This document shows positions 1-10,735 of a stretch of DNA of 38,889 bases, in pieces (positions within the stretch are counted from its first letter, which is position 1; every line of letters starts with the position of its first letter). The translations under genes and the position numbers were made by a program. Origin of the DNA: Tubiluchus corallicola. Taxonomy: Eukaryota > Animalia > Priapulida. Under the pieces are notes generated by a model. That model worked only from the letters and a program-made list of their open reading frames with translations. It was not told the origin of the DNA and searched no databases. Where the stretch lies: contig JAQGDQ010001478.1 of NCBI GenBank assembly GCA_030141605.1, positions 1 to 38,889 of the forward strand, in the 5' to 3' direction.

Positions 1-98
1 GGCATGCATGTATATATATAAGTTTTCTTTCAAAATCAGATTGTATCAAAATGTCTGAAGTAGTAGGTATGTAAGAGACCATCTATTACAGACATTTA

Positions 99-279
99 CA
101 GTCAAAACCTCTTTATACTGCCTACTATAGAACTGGAAAAAAGTTGGCATTAAAGCCGAGTTTGGAATTACAACCAGGTGCATTGACACATACATATCTA
201 TGCAAATAAAGACACTTCGTCAAAAAAAAATTAGGCGAGTTTGGCATAATAAAGGTAGCGTTATAACGAGGTTTGACTG
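99..279. mobile_element. Tigger/pogo-like MITE
   Basis: Imperfect TIRs CAGTCAAAACCTCTTTATA / TTATAACGAGGTTTGACTG; left flank TA, right flank CA (mutated TA?). Confidence 0.7.
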
Positions 280-2440
280 CATCTAAAATTAAACGCATAT
301 ATAAATATGTTAACAGAATCAAAATTCTTAACTTTTTAATCATCACTGCATGAGTTCACTCAAATGTTTAAAACTGGCTAAAATGTTAACTGTATTTTAG
401 ACTTGTCTAAGATTTTTTTAAACGTTTTAAAATGCTTCTTCAGGTTTTAAATGAAAAATGCTAATAATTTAATACTCTACACATCTGCAGTTAATGCATA
501 ACAACAGTAAAATTTAAATAAAAATCACACAAAACCATTCTCTACACACACAACACTTTGCTCAAATGCAGATCAGCCAGCGCAACACACGGATTTGGAA
601 AAAATTTTAAAAACATTTCAGATTTCTACTTTCTAGATTATAAAGAAAGTTATATAAGATAAATATGTGACTCAAACTCCTCAGTTGAAATAGCAGGAAG
701 AAGAAATAATCAACGGCTACATAGTCAGTAGTCTGAAGATTTCCTGTAATTTGCTGCAGACATGAACTTTAAAGCAAATCACTTAAAGGAAAAAAACTAC
801 GTGACTCACTCCGGTTAGATTAGACTGGCTCTCATTTTAATTTACTGTCCAAAATGTGCATTTTTTGCCTACAAAAATTATTAATTGTTTATTATATTTG
901 AATAATTAACTTGGAAAGCAAATTAAGGGCAACTAAATACAGCTATCTCATGTCACTAACTAACCACAGTTTGTGCAATGGTAGGCATCTTCCCTGCGCG
1001 TCAAGCGCATTTGAGTAAACGAACAGTGCTATAATAAGACACTGATGTGATGTCAAGTATATGGGCTCTATGTCACAGACGAACACTGCAGTTCATGATG
1101 ATGCTTATCACGGTACCGCGCCTATTTTTCGGTCACATGAATGTACAAAAAACATGCTATTGCAGGTCTTAGTGGATTCGCTGCGCCACGGGTACCTTTG
1201 AAAGTTTAACAAAATTTAACTATACCAGATAATCATTTTTAATCTATCTAAGGTTTGATTTAAAAAAGGTATCGTAGTTTTCAATATTTTAGAATATACT
1301 TTATCTTCACAATCATCCGGCTTTCCTTTACTAACAGGAGCACACTGCCTCATGACTACCTCTCCTAGTCCTCCTAGTCGCATTATCTCACCATCTAATC
1401 ATCTGACATGGGAGATTCAATAGACAGAAATGACACAGACACATCTGCATGCACCAGAAATCTTCCCAGCCTTCCTCGAGGAAGTTAACAGCGGGAGACA
1501 TAATGGCCGCGTAAATGCTCAGGAGCAAGTTTGTCACCCATTTATGTACTATCAGACACAATGTGGCTTAACTTTGCAGCCACCTACACACCATGAACAC
1601 TCAGTTATTTCTGTTAAATTCCTTAAACACAAAACTAAGTTTTAAAGTATAGTAGCATTGCATTTTAGATCTGTCACGCGTGACCTAGTTCTGTTGAAGC
1701 CAACGCATAATTCATTCTAGACGTTAAAACAAAGGTCTAGCCTAACACTTTCTACTTTTCGGAAAATATAACTATATGTGCAAAGTTCTGGGTTCAAGCC
1801 CCGTATGCAACAATTCTTCACTGCTTCCCTCTTCCCGTTAGCTTGACTGTTGCAATCCTCCTAACTTCCCCGTAACCTCTATGTTGGTAAAAATTGTATA
1901 AAAGTTACAAAAAAGCCACTATGCAGTATTTTTCTCTTGAAATAATTAGAGAAGGATAGCTAAGTATTTCGAGCATGTAGATATAATTCTGGTATAAATT
2001 TGTTTCGCTAATTTAATGCAGAAAATTAGTAAAAAAAATAGAAAAAACATTAGTTTACGCTTAACAACGTCTTCTTGTTCATCATTTTCATGAAAAATAA
2101 TGTAAGCCTAGCAACCAAAATCAGTTTAAGCATCGGTCGCCCAAGCTTGCACTAAAAAGCTTGCTAGTTGAAAGTTTGCCAAAAATCTCCTGCTGCCCCT
2201 GATATTCACTGGCATCGCCTGGAAACACGATTCATAAAAATTATCTATCGTTTGTGTACACTACGCTCGCCATTAAGCGTTGCTGAACAATAATTATTGG
2301 TGAAAAATAAAAGCACAGCTTAGGATCCAATAGGCGCAGCGTGTACGTGTTTATTCACTGTATAAACGCCACCACAAACACCACCTACGCGCTGCTCAAC
2401 TATCAGACATATTCTTAATCACATATCAAAACGAACTCAC

Positions 2441-2627
2441 ATGAAATTAAAAACAAAATTTGCTGTATCAAATCACCCCCGAGAAACCATCTCCTCCTCC
2501 CTATGTAATCAATAGTGAAAATTCCTGCCACACTGGGCAGCACCGTCGTTCACCGCTCAGTGACACCCACCGAAAGGCTTTTATACGCAACATGTGCATA
2601 GCGTACGCAGCGTGAATGGCAGCCAAT
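2441..2627 (-). promoter_or_regulatory. Candidate TATA/CCAAT promoter and non-coding first exon in IGF2BP intron 2
   Basis: CCAAT 2623-2627, minus-strand TATAAAA 2585-2579, locally CpG-rich, GTGAGT donor at 2440. Confidence 0.35.
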
Positions 2628-2695
2628 AACCCGTTACACTGCTGGCTGTACTATTCCCGCCCGTTTGATCTAGCTGAGTACTTGTTCTCACACTC

Positions 2696-3153
2696 AGTCA
2701 TTTCTACAACAAGCATGGGAAATGTACAGTAGACGACAGAATAGGTGGCGTTGTCTCAATGCTCTTGTAAGCTGAAACTTACGACAAATCATTTCTACAA
2801 CAAGCATGGGAAATGTACAGTAGACGATAGAATAGGTGGCGTTGTCTCAATGCTCTTGTAAGCTGTAACTTACGACAAGTCATTTCTACAACAAGCATGG
2901 GAAGTGTACAGTACACGACAGAATAGGTGGCGTTGTCTCACTGCTCTTGTAAGCTGTAACTTACGACAAGTTATTTCTACAACAAGCATGGGAAATGTAC
3001 AGTAGACGACAGAATAGATGGCGTTGTCTCACTGCTCTTGTAAGCTGTAACTTACGACAAATCATTTCTACAACAAGCATGGGAAATGTACAGTAGACGA
3101 CAGAATAGGTGGCGTTGTCTCACTGCTCTTGTAAGCTGAAACTTACGGCAAGT
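2696..3153. repeat. Tandem repeat, 91-bp unit x5
   Basis: TTTCTACAAC recurs at 2701, 2792, 2883, 2974, 3065. Confidence 0.97.
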
Positions 3154-3749
3154 AAGACAGTAACAGAAGATTAACCTACGTAAAAACGACAAAATGAAAG
3201 ATAACAATATTACAGTCCTTGCAAATAGTACAAAAGATGTAAGATATCTTAGTCTTCTACAATGTATAAGCGTCGACACATTTTATAGCTAAACAATTTA
3301 TTACAACATGTAATGTCAATCTTCGAAGCAAATGAATAAGAGTGCAAGAAAATCCTCGAGATTATGCGTGAAATCAAGCTCGTACAATTACATCTGTGAC
3401 AATGCCAGTGTTTGACAAATAACTACTGTATGTCAGAAGCGAAATAAAACCACAGCGCTAGAAAACGGCAGCGTCAAAATCGTCTTCATGTCATGACAAG
3501 TTTGACAATTGCAGCTTGAACTAGCTTCATCCATTTCATTCTGTGGTTTGATGTTTGTTAACCATCAAACGTTTTACTCCACACGGAGATTATTATGGAA
3601 ATAGGTCATCCGATGACATACCAGTTGATGACGTTATACTTCAAACTGACCATTTGACCTTACATGGAATACTGCAGTCACGTCAGGGCTGACGCCTCAG
3701 CTCGTTCTTACATGACAGAACTGAAAATTTAATTTTTGTTGTGGATGCT

Positions 3750-3950
3750 CTCTATTCGCTCTTTCCCAAATGGAAACGGTCTCTTTATCGTACTCGTTTT
3801 TCATCTGCTTCTCACCAAGGAGAGTCCAAGTTTCTTATAAACCGTTTTTCGCACGGGCTTCTTATCTGTGGAATTCCCTACGTGAAAATTTCTTGCCTGA
3901 AAACTACTCACTCGATTTAAAAAGAACCTTAACAGACACATGAAATAGCT
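3750..3950 (+). mobile_element. Degenerate LINE ORF2 C-terminal relic (CR1-group-like)
   Basis: Translates as SLFPKWKRSLYRTRFSSASH ... PFFARASYLWNSLRENFLPENYSL, like the SFFPRT..LWNSLP...FP..Y.L..FK end of CR1-group ORF2. Related copy at about 28170-28520 (minus). Confidence 0.65.
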
Positions 3951-4411
3951 AGTAAATTATTTTAATGAATTCTATTTCTCTGGACATGTACCTCCCCCCC
4001 CCCGAAAGTTACCACTGTTTTTTCAGCAGGAAAATATGTATAACCATCACTTGCCATGATTTTGCCCGGGCAGTTAAAATTCAGCATCTGGATGAAATTG
4101 CTCACACTACAAGTTTGTACTAAATTTTCACACAGGGGAAATTATGCAATTAAAACCAAACCTACCATCTCATCATCTTAACAGTCACAGCAATATACTG
4201 GGCATCCAAATAAGTAAACAATTTTAATTGTTTACAGCTGTTTTTGTGTTTACGTGTGAAACAAATTTTAATTGTTTATTTGTTGCTTTTATGATTTAAT
4301 TGCATTACCTGCTTGCCTTATTTGTTGTTAGCAGAGATTTAAATACAAAGATTTAGCAGCTTTGCATTTTGTTTACTTGCTACATTTAACATTTGACTAC
4401 ATACTTTCCAC

Positions 4412-4576
4412 TTAACTATGTATTTCTGCAGTCCTTTAAACTATTCTTAAGTTATATAGGGGTGACTTAACTCTGTATTTCTGCAGTTCTTTAAACTATT
4501 CTTAAGTTATATAGGGGTGACTTAACTCTGTATTTCTGCAGTTCTTTAAACTATTCTTAAGTTATATAGGGGTGGC
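4412..4576. repeat. Tandem repeat, 55-bp unit x3
   Basis: TTAACT.TGTATTTCTGCAG at 4412, 4467, 4522. Confidence 0.95.
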
Positions 4577-4660
4577 TGATTCGATGACCTCCTGGTCCTT
4601 CACCACCCCATTTTTACACACTTTACATAATTTGTTGTAAATTGTCTTATGAACTTATAA

Positions 4661-4835
4661 CATAAATAAACTTTTGCATTTAACAGAAGTGAGTTAACAT
4701 TCTTCTACTAAGTATCTTAAAAAATCTCAAACAAAAATAAAGTATTCGACATAAATAAACTTTCGAACTTAACTGAATTGAATAATTATACTATTTTTCT
4801 ACTAAGCATCTTAAAAAATCTTAAACTAAAGTAAA
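4661..4835. repeat. Diverged ~89-bp direct duplication
   Basis: CATAAATAAACTTT...TTCTACTAAG.ATCTTAAAAAATCT.AAAC at 4661 and 4750. Confidence 0.75.
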
Positions 4836-5092
4836 CTTATAAATGCCTGGAGTAAATGTGTTGTTTCTTTGTCTATCCAGCTGTGCAGTCAATATGAAAG
4901 ATATGTACATTTAATTTTCCACTTGATCACTACCAAGCTTTCTCTCATTATGAAGCCAGAGCAGCAGTTTTACATGCAGCAACATCACATTTGAACAGGA
5001 AACACAAACTATTTGAACAAAACTTAACACTACAGTTTGACAACAAGGTGTTCACAAAGTAAGAAACACCGAAGCACCCGACTCTAACTTAC

Positions 5093-5232
5093 TCAGAAAT
5101 CAGTTCCATCTGCATCACAGAAAACTTTGCAAAGCAGAATTCTGTAAAGGAGCACAAACTTGGTGACTTATGGAGCAAGAGAGGCTCTTTCTCTGCTACG
5201 GCTGGCAAACTCGGCTGCACAGCAGATACCAT
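5093..5232 (-). CDS. Candidate alternative first coding exon of IGF2BP within intron 2
   Basis: AGCATGG start context, 46 open codons (MVSAVQPSLPAVAEKEPLLLHKSPSLCSFTEFCFAKFSVMQMELIS) plus GA, then GTAAGT donor in phase 2 like exon 2. No homology support. Confidence 0.45.
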
Positions 5233-5262
5233 GCTAGAGGGATCAACTTACTAGACAGCCAC

Positions 5263-5305
5263 ATCACGTGACGTTAGTGTAGCAGGTCACGTGACCCAGG
5301 CGGGC
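5263..5305. promoter_or_regulatory. Paired extended E-boxes, candidate internal promoter
   Basis: ATCACGTGAC 5263-5272, palindrome GGTCACGTGACC 5285-5296 and a GGCGGG, just upstream (minus strand) of the ATG at 5232. Confidence 0.45.
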
Positions 5306-5981
5306 TTGAGCGTTAATATATCAAGCAATCAAAGCTTAGCTTATTTATAACATAATGCAAATGTGCAGTGTTTGACATAGTTTATGTGAAAGAAGGAACC
5401 TATCATAAAGAGTAAGATAGTAGAGAAGTTTTAAAATAATAGCAAATCACAATGAGGAATTCAGAATCTAATGTACTACAATACTTTATATTGTAAATTA
5501 TCTAGTGAAATTAATTTAGAGTTAACTGTAAAACTTCATGTGACATCTGTAATTGTGTAATTAGCTTCTTTGGTAATTTCACTTTATATATTATTGGGAA
5601 TCCTTGATTTCTGTTTGCATACATTATGGCAGTCGATTTCATTTTAAAGTATTCCTCAAATTTTGCATTTCTATCAAGCGTAAAGAACAATTTGGTCACT
5701 CTACTGTCCAAATCTATTGGATACCAATTGGATTTTCTAATGTCTACGAGCAGGTTAACCAATCAGCCTTAACAAGTTAAATTAACTTAAATTTAACTGA
5801 AAAACTTTTAGTTACAAATAAGCCAAGGACAAACACACAGACAAACGACCGTCAAATTGATAAGATAAAAACCTAAAAATCATAAGAAGCAAACAAACGA
5901 AACTGCAGCTTTAAGTAAGACATGTAGTGTTATCATTCTATAATAACTTATAAAACGGCAAACGGGCATGATCGGATACCA

Positions 5982-8454
5982 GGATCGGGTAGACGGCAAT
6001 GATCAGGACTTTCTGTGACTAGCCACGGGATCGGGTAGACAGCAAGGATCAGGACTTTCTGTGACCAGCCACGGGATCGGGTAGACAGCAATGATCAGGA
6101 CTTTCTGTGACTAGCCACGGGATCGGGTAGACAGCAAGGATCAGGACTTTCTGTGACCAGCCACGGGATCGGGTAGACAGCAATGATCAGGACTTTCTGT
6201 GACCAGCCACGGGATCGGGTAGACAGCAAGGATCAGGACTTTCTGTGACCAGCCACGGGATCGGGTAGACAGCAATGATCAGGACTTTCTGTGACTAGCC
6301 ACGGGATCGGGTAGACAGCAAGGATCGGGACTTTCTGTGACCATCCACGGGATCGGGTAGACAGCAAGGATCGGGATTTTCTGTGACCAGCCACGGGATC
6401 GGGTAGACGGCAATAATCGGGACTTTCTGTGACCAGCCACTGGATCGGGTAGACAGCAATAAGCAGGAATTTATGTGACCAGCCACGGGATCAGGTAGAC
6501 AGCAATGATCAGGACTTTCTGTGACCATCCACGGGATCGGGTAGACAGCAATGATCAGGACTTTCTGTGACCAGCCACGGGATCGGGTAGACAGCAATGA
6601 TCGGGATTTCTGTGACCAGCCACGGGATCAGATAGACAGCAAGGATCAGGACTTTCTGTGACCATCCACGGGATCGGGTAGACAGCAATGATCAGAACTT
6701 TCTGTGACCAGCCACGGGATCGGGTAGACAGCAATGATCGGGATTTCTGTGACCAGCCACGGGATCGGGTAGACAGCAAGGATCAGGACTTTCTGTGACC
6801 AGCCACGGGATCGGGTAGACAGCAATGATCAGGACTTTCTGTGACCAGCCACGGGATCGGGTAGACAGCAAGGATCAGGACTTTCTGTGACCAGCCACGG
6901 GATCGGGTAGACAGCAAGGATCGGGACTTTCTGTGACCAGCCACAGGATCGGGTAGACAGCAATGATCGGGATTTCTGTGACCAGCCACTGGATCGGGTA
7001 GACAGCAATGATCGGGATTTCTGTGACCAGCCACTGGAACGGGTTGACGGCAATGATCGGGATTTTCTGTGACCAGCCACGGGATCGGGTAGACAGCAAT
7101 AAGCAGGAATTTCTGTGACCAGCAACAGGATCGGGCAGACGGCAATAATCGGGATTTCTGTGACCAGCCACGGGATCGGGATTTTCTGTGACTAGCCACG
7201 GGATCGGGTAGACAGCAAGGATCGGGACTTTCTGTGACCATCCACGGGATCGGGTAGACAGCAAGGATCGGGATTTTCTGTGACCAGCCACGGGATCGGG
7301 TAGACGGCAATAATCGGGACTTTCTGTGACCAGCCACTGGATCGGGTAGACAGCAATAAGCAGGAATTTATGTGACCAGCCACGGGATCAGGTAGACAGC
7401 AATGATCAGGACTTTCTGTGACCATCCACGGGATCGGGTAGACAGCAATGATCAGGACTTTCTGTGACCAGCCACGGGATCGGGTAGACAGCAATGATCG
7501 GGATTTCTGTGACCAGCCACGGGATCGGATAGACAGCAAGGATCAGGACTTTCTGTGACCATCCACGGGATCGGGTAGACAGCAATGATCAGAACTTTCT
7601 GTGACCAGCCACGGGATCGGGTAGACAGCAATGATCGGGATTTCTGTGACCAGCCACGGGATCGGGTAGACAGCAAGGATCAGGACTTTCTGTGACCAGC
7701 CACGGGATCGGGTAGACAGCAATGATCAGGACTTTCTGTGACCAGCCACGGGATCGGGTAGACAGCAAGGATCAGGACTTTCTGTGACCAGCCACGGGAT
7801 CGGGTAGACAGCAAGGATCGGGACTTTCTGTGACCAGCCACAGGATCGGGTAGACAGCAATGATCGGGATTTCTGTGACCAGCCACTGGATCGGGTAGAC
7901 AGCAATGATCGGGATTTCTGTGACCAGCCACTGGAACGGGTTGACGGCAATGATCGGGATTTTCTGTGACCAGCCACGGGATCGGGTAGACAGCAATAAG
8001 CAGGAATTTCTGTGACCAGCAACAGGATCGGGCAGACGGCAATAATCGGGATTTCTGTGACCAGCCACGGGATCGGGATTTTCTGTGACCAGCCACGGGA
8101 TCGGGTAGACGGCAATAATCAAGATTTTCTGTGACCAGCCACGGGATCGGGTAGACGGCAATAATTGGGATTTTCTGTGACCAGCCACGGGATCGGGTAG
8201 ACAGCAATAATCGGGATTTTCTGTGACCAGCCACGGGATCGGGTAGACGGCAATAATCGGGATTTTCTGTGACCAGCCACGGGATGGGGTAGACAGCAAT
8301 GATCAGGACTTTCTGTGACCAGCCACGGGATCGAGTAGACAGCAATGATCAGGACTTTCTGTGACCAGCCACGGGATCGGGTAGACAGCAAGGATCAGGA
8401 CTTTCTGTGACCAGCCACGGGATCGGGTAGACGGCAATGATCAAGATTTTCTGT
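5982..8454. repeat. GC-rich satellite, 45-46-bp monomer, about 54 copies, with 897-bp higher-order duplication
   Basis: Consensus GATCAGGACTTTCTGTGACCAGCCACGGGATCGGGTAGACAGCAAT. ORF-track coordinates recur with an 897 offset. Confidence 0.98.
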
Positions 8455-8649
8455 AAACTTCTGACACAAGATAAAGGTTCACATGTGAAAATTAAGCAGT
8501 ATAACCCCCAGCACAGAAAATAAAAGTTACTGGTCAATCATAGTTTGATTACAGTTGCAAAAATAAACAAAACAATAACAAATTACTGAGTTATCTTTTA
8601 ACAAACATTTTTAACATTAAAATACAGAATCTTGTGCACAGTAACTAAC

Positions 8650-8707
8650 CTGCCTTTCCGTGACACTGAAGGCTCAACAACAATAAGCGATCCTTGAAGA
8701 TTAAATC
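8650..8707 (-). CDS. IGF2BP: IGF2BP/Imp coding exon 2 (end of RRM1)
   Basis: Acceptor TTTTTTATTGCAG, 58 nt encoding (G)FNLQGSLIVVEPSVSRKG(R/S), cf. vertebrate GKVELHGK.IEVEHSVPKRQR. Phase 1 in, phase 2 out, donor GTTAGT. Exon 3 not recognised in 1-8649. Confidence 0.88.
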
Positions 8708-8862
8708 CTGCAATAAAAAACCCATTTGGTTAAAGAAACTTTTCTTAATTTTTGCTTGACAGAACCAGGGCTACGAAAAATGAGTGTTGTTTTATTATTT
8801 ATAAACAAACAAACACATTTTTTGAACATTTCAAATGTCTTTCGGCTACTCTGATCACTTGA

Positions 8863-8945
8863 GGTACAGCGGCTTAGCAATGCAAGACATTTGCCTTGTA
8901 AGCAGAAGGACTGCGGTTCAAATTTAGGTTGTATACCAACTTTTT
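8863..8945 (+). pseudogene. tRNA-derived relic (SINE head or tRNA pseudogene), Thr(TGT)-like
   Basis: A-box-like GGCTTAGC, arm TTTGC-CTTGTAA-GCAGA, B-box-like GGTTCAAAT, then a T run. D and T stems are degenerate. Confidence 0.5.
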
Positions 8946-10668
8946 CACATTTTCAGTTCTTACTGCGGATTTATTTAAGTTTCCTTTTCTACTTGCTCCA
9001 GTATGACCACAATTAATGTGTACATCCAAGGAAAAACTTTATTTATTAAAGGGCATACGTTGTCACTCTGACCTCTCAATTGCCAATTTCACTCAAAATG
9101 TTGCATTTGAAAAAAGGATAAATTATATTGATTTTCCATTCTACAACATAAGAAATATTTTACAAAAACAATAGAATAGCGCCTGTCAAATCCAGGGCTG
9201 TAGACCTTACAAGAAGTGCATTTCACTAGTTCAAAATAAAAAAAAATCAGAAATTTCTCATCATATGGCCTGGACATAACTCATGAGCTTTTCCAAAGCC
9301 TTTGGTACTGTTTTACTAAACTTGGAAATTTTTGCAAACAACAGTGATATTGATTTGGTCCAGATAATTTAACAACAATTTTTTTACATTATATTTTACA
9401 AATTTGTCAGCTAATTTCTACACATAACTGTGAAGTCTATGATGTTTTAAATGCAAAATAATGATAAAAAACAAAATTATTTTAAGGAAAAGGTTGCGAT
9501 GCTTGAAAACAATCTACCCTATAAAATACTGAAAAAGAACATTTTTTTCCAGAGTAATTTATGTGAAAGAAATTAGCACAGAAACATGATACCTCATTAA
9601 CACGGCTCATTTTCTGCTGTTACATACTTCACATGCGTTACATACTTACTCTGCACCATTCGCTATTTGGATAGGCACCTGCACCTCAGAAACGCCTGCA
9701 CAAAAAAGGTGCCGTACCTCTCAGTTCAGAGGTGTCCAGTTCTGATTTAGTGCACACGTTGAAAACATTATGTGGTATACAGAAGTAAATTTGAAATTTG
9801 AATTTTGAAATTTGCCGAGTTTTTGGATATCCCGGTAAATGTTGTATAGTAGCACTACCCTACATCAAATTTCGCTTTCGCAAACACGTGCATGGAATGA
9901 AAGCTCTGCTGACAACTGAACACTGATCAATGAAAATTACATGTTTGAATGCGATGTCATCACTAACTGCACTCCATAGCTGTTTCAAGCTGTTATTTAA
10001 TTATCAAAACTCTTCAATTACACGTCTTAGAACGTATACTTTTTTTTATCGTATTTCAAAATGGCATAGGACGTGAAAAAGCATCCTGTCTTTATTTAGT
10101 TAGTTCAAAGTTAGTTAGGCACTTGGCAAGAGCTTGTTTAATGTAGAAGGTTGTGGTGAAATCAGAACCTTGAACAGGAAAGTATTAATCCTAAAAAGTG
10201 TCACCCGACACTACAGCAACTATCTTGACCATGTTTAGTGTTTAAATGTGCACATTCTCTCTTAAAAGAGAGAGTTTTTCACCACTATCACAGTCCACTT
10301 ACTAAACAGGCTCAGTGTTGCTTATCTTTGGTTGCCAAGTACATAAGGTGACTTTAGTGTTACAATGCTCGAATTTTGTGTAGTTTCTGTTTCTATTTGT
10401 ATGCAAGGCTAAAATAGTTGTAACTGAATTAGTTTGGCGTAAGTACTGCAGTTCAATTTCAGGAAAACGGATTTGGATTTGGTTCAAAAATCAATTTTAT
10501 GAAGTATAGATTCTGCAAAACCCTAGTATATGTGACAATGATGTGTAGTATTAACAATACTTCTGAGTTAAATTTCTCACAAATCTTATCAATGATGGAA
10601 TAAGCTCACAATTGAAATTTCAAACCAAACTTGCTCTAAAGAAACAGCGAGAAAGTCACGAAATTTTA

Positions 10669-10735
10669 ACCAGCCTGGATTTGAACCAGGAACCTCTTGT
10701 TCGTAAGATAAGTGTCGTGGATGCTAGATTACTAG
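10669..10735 (-). pseudogene. tRNA-derived relic (SINE head or pseudogene)
   Basis: Perfect T arm CCTGG-TTCAAAT-CCAGG; imperfect anticodon arm CTTAT-CTTACGA-ACAAG; degenerate D arm. Confidence 0.5.

Noticed and set aside
783-1203. Kolobok-like TTAA-AGG element (also about 9047-9523)
   Set aside because: Terminal inverted repeats are too degenerate to support by eye.
5511-5762. 83-aa minus-strand ORF as IGF2BP exon 3
   Set aside because: No RRM2/KH similarity or convincing splice sites; at most a faint LINE linker resemblance.
5982-8454. CRISPR-like array or repetitive protein ORFs (6295-8391)
   Set aside because: No unique spacers and no cas genes, in a eukaryotic intron. The ORFs are a by-product of a 46-bp unit cycling through frames.
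8863-10735. Functional tRNA genes (also B-box-like motifs near 1790, 28790, 36065)
   Set aside because: Cloverleaves are incomplete; better explained as SINE heads or pseudogenes.
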